From Akkermansia muciniphila (GTDB lineage: Bacteria > Verrucomicrobiota > Verrucomicrobiia > Limisphaerales > SXQI01), in NCBI GenBank assembly GCA_945867235.1, contig CAMBHS010000002.1, forward strand, positions 127-64,126: a DNA stretch of 64,000 nt, read 5' to 3'. The notes below the pieces were generated by a model. The model was not told the DNA's origin. It searched no databases and saw only the letters and a list, made by a program, of their open reading frames with translations. The position numbers and the translations under genes were made by a program. This document shows, piece after piece, positions 62,042 to 64,000 of the stretch (positions within the stretch are counted from its first letter, which is position 1; every line of letters begins with the position of its first letter).

Positions 62042-63847
62042 ATGCAAATCGACCCTTTCATTCTCGCGTTTTCTCTCATCACCGTTGTGGCAACGGTTCT
62101 GATGGGTTTTTGGTCGGCCAGAAAATCCCAAGGGGCCGGAGATTTTTTTGTGGCAGGAAGGTCTGTGTCGGTCGGGTGGAATGCCTCAGCGATCTCAGGG
62201 GAGTATCTATCGGCAGCTTCATTCATGGGTGTCGCCGGCATGGTGATGAGTTCAGGGTATGATGCTCTCTGGTATCCCGTGTGCTACGCCTGCGGTTATT
62301 TATTCCTGTTGCTGTTCATTGCCGGACCGTTAAGGAGGTTTGGAGCCTATACCATCCCAGATTTTGCGGAAGGCCGGTTTGATTCACCGGTATTTCGTAA
62401 AATCGCAGTCGTGTTCGTATTGTGCATTGGATTTTTTTACACGATGCCGCAAATGAAAGGCGCAGGGACAACTCTGTCCTATATTTTTGGAAGCGTGGAT
62501 TTGCGAGGGATACTGCCGGACTTTTTTCTAGGTCACGATGCGAACGGTTTGGCGCAGAAAGGCTTGCCCTATTGGGCAGGCGTCGTATTAGTCGGAGCGG
62601 TGATCACCCTGAATGTGGCTCTCGGTGGCATGAAGGGAATCACCTTGGTGCAAGCCGTGCAATATTGGGCGAAAATGTTCGCCATTTCGGTTCCCGTCTT
62701 TGTGCTGTTGAGTGTTTACGGTGGGTATGGAAAACAGTTGGGAGCGAACGATGGACGCATGGGCTTGGCTCCTGCAGGGGTTCAGATGGAGGCCCAAGTT
62801 GAGCAAAGGCCCAACGCAATCATCAGACAGGCACTCCCAGAGAAAGCACCTAAGGATGAAACCTGGCTCCAACCCTTCGGTCCGCTCACGACCAAGGCGG
62901 CCAAGGCGGCTAACCTTACGCCCGAACAATCTCGACCCTATTCTCTGCTCTACACCTATTCATTGATTATTGCCTTGGTCTGTGGAACTGCTGGATTGCC
63001 CCATATCCTCGTACGATTCTATACCAATCCCGATGGAGTCGCGGCGAAACGCACGACGATGTGGGTGATGATTTTGATCGGAGTATTTTATGTGTTTCCA
63101 CCCGTTTTTGGAGTCTTAGGACGCAATTTGCTGCCTGATCTCTATGCCTCCACGGGTTCCAAGGGGACGGACAAGATCGTATTGGAACTTCCGCGATTAC
63201 TCAATGAACGCTACGGGATGTTGGGATCTGTGCTGAGTGGCATTACCTGCGCCGGGGCGTTCGCAGCCTTTATGAGCACCTTCAGTGGACTGCTGGTGTC
63301 GATGACTGGAGCCTTGGCGCATGATGTCTATGGTCGAATCCTTCGACCGAAATCGACACCCGAGCAGCGCATGAAGGCGTTTAAGTATTGCGCGGTTCTT
63401 GTTGGGATCGTTTCTGTCGCGTTAGGAATGCAGGTGGAACAGTTGCAGATCAACTTTATGGTCGGCCAGGCTTTTGCGATTGCAGCGGCCAGTTATTTTC
63501 CTCTCCTGTTTTTGAGCGCGTGGTGGAGAGGGATGACCATGAAAGGAGCGGCGACAGGTATGCTCAGTGGTGGAGTATTAGCGTTGGCAGGTATTTCCCT
63601 CACGAGCTTTAGTGATTTGAAATGGATCGATTTATCCGCATTTTGGGCGGGGCATCCCTTGTTACGGATTTTATGTGAACAACCGGCGATCTGGACGGTG
63701 CCCCTGTCCATGTTCCTGATGATTGTCGTGTCTAAAGCCACCTCAGCAGACATCCCCAAGGACATCCGGATGAAGATGCTCGTCCTTCATGCACCCGAGA
63801 AACTAGGATTGAAGCACGAATATATCCAAGAGCATTCCGGTCATTGA
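62042..63847 (+). CDS. actP: Sodium:solute symporter family transporter, cation/acetate symporter (ActP)-like
   Basis: SSS-family blocks are DFFVAGRSVS..NA.AISGEY.SAASFMG and GTAGLPHILVRFYT. Pairing with DUF485 supports the call. The hydrophilic loop at aa ~230-300 is longer than I expect for ActP. Confidence 0.7.
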   Translation: MQIDPFILAFSLITVVATVLMGFWSARKSQGAGDFFVAGRSVSVGWNASAISGEYLSAASFMGVAGMVMSSGYDALWYPVCYACGYLFLLLFIAGPLRRFGAYTIPDFAEGRFDSPVFRKIAVVFVLCIGFFYTMPQMKGAGTTLSYIFGSVDLRGILPDFFLGHDANGLAQKGLPYWAGVVLVGAVITLNVALGGMKGITLVQAVQYWAKMFAISVPVFVLLSVYGGYGKQLGANDGRMGLAPAGVQMEAQVEQRPNAIIRQALPEKAPKDETWLQPFGPLTTKAAKAANLTPEQSRPYSLLYTYSLIIALVCGTAGLPHILVRFYTNPDGVAAKRTTMWVMILIGVFYVFPPVFGVLGRNLLPDLYASTGSKGTDKIVLELPRLLNERYGMLGSVLSGITCAGAFAAFMSTFSGLLVSMTGALAHDVYGRILRPKSTPEQRMKAFKYCAVLVGIVSVALGMQVEQLQINFMVGQAFAIAAASYFPLLFLSAWWRGMTMKGAATGMLSGGVLALAGISLTSFSDLKWIDLSAFWAGHPLLRILCEQPAIWTVPLSMFLMIVVSKATSADIPKDIRMKMLVLHAPEKLGLKHEYIQEHSGH

Positions 63848-63855
63848 ACAGATAC

Positions 63856-63991
63856 CCCCCGCATTCGGTTAAGGTGACTTCCAGAAACCTCCCACTTTGA
63901 AAAATGTCATTCAAAAAACCCAGCAAAACCAGCCCTGAAATTTTAAAAAGCTGAGTTTCTGGAAGTCCCCTTAAGAGAATCAATGCGGGGG
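63856..63991. repeat. Long imperfect inverted repeat (about 30 bp of stem, 66-nt A-rich loop) immediately downstream of actP
   Basis: The outer stem is a perfect 10 bp, pairing 63856-63865 CCCCCGCATT with 63982-63991 AATGCGGGGG. The inner stem is 20 bp with one mismatch, pairing 63869-63888 with 63955-63974. The two stems are separated by an asymmetric internal loop (3 nt versus 7 nt). TTT follows the right arm. Confidence 0.85.
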
Positions 63992-64000
63992 TTTAGGGAA

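Overview
This is a 64-kb, densely coding chromosomal segment of roughly 50% GC (by eye). The gene content points to the PVC superphylum, most likely Verrucomicrobiota. Supporting this are a prepilin-like H-X9-DG-type protein, PSCyt1-type and DUF1573-linked c-type cytochromes, DUF1080, several Gfo/Idh/MocA plus xylose-isomerase-like TIM-barrel pairs, RNase HIII and many LamG proteins. I can support about 58 protein-coding genes. I found no rRNA, tRNA, CRISPR array, transposase or integrase.

Housekeeping blocks:
- rnhC / DUF1844 / LON-N operon
- moaA
- PPi-type phosphofructokinase
- aldehyde dehydrogenase
- dnaG
- purS-purQ-purL-purF
- TerC
- prolyl oligopeptidase
- a Fur-family regulator followed by an extended suf operon (sufBCD-sufU-sufT-sufS, a rhodanese-like gene, and an IscU-type nifU)
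- RluA-family pseudouridine synthase
- a UvrA-family protein
- psd
- trpS
- DUF485 plus an ActP-like symporter

More unusual content:
- Two oxidoreductase/TIM-barrel sugar-oxidation modules, separated by XRE and LamG genes and a GC-rich AbiEi/AbiEii (type IV toxin-antitoxin / abortive infection) insertion.
- A 1380-aa triple-LamG secreted protein that shares a C-terminal module ending in [KR]FYR with a smaller LamG protein.
- An HtrA-like protease fused to a jelly-roll domain and a SirB1-like domain.
- A PQQ-type propeller with an inserted EF-hand pair.
- A UvrA paralog that lacks the insertion domain.
- A rhodanese-like gene in the suf operon whose catalytic Cys is replaced by Asp.
- Several exact non-coding repeats and palindromes: a 16-bp x4 tandem array, a perfect 7-1-7 Fur-type box, and a 136-bp long inverted repeat.

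I found no clear-cut novel multi-gene system. The findings below are the candidates I consider worth testing. All family assignments come from motif recognition in the supplied translations, with no searches run. Start codons were adjusted by eye and may be off.
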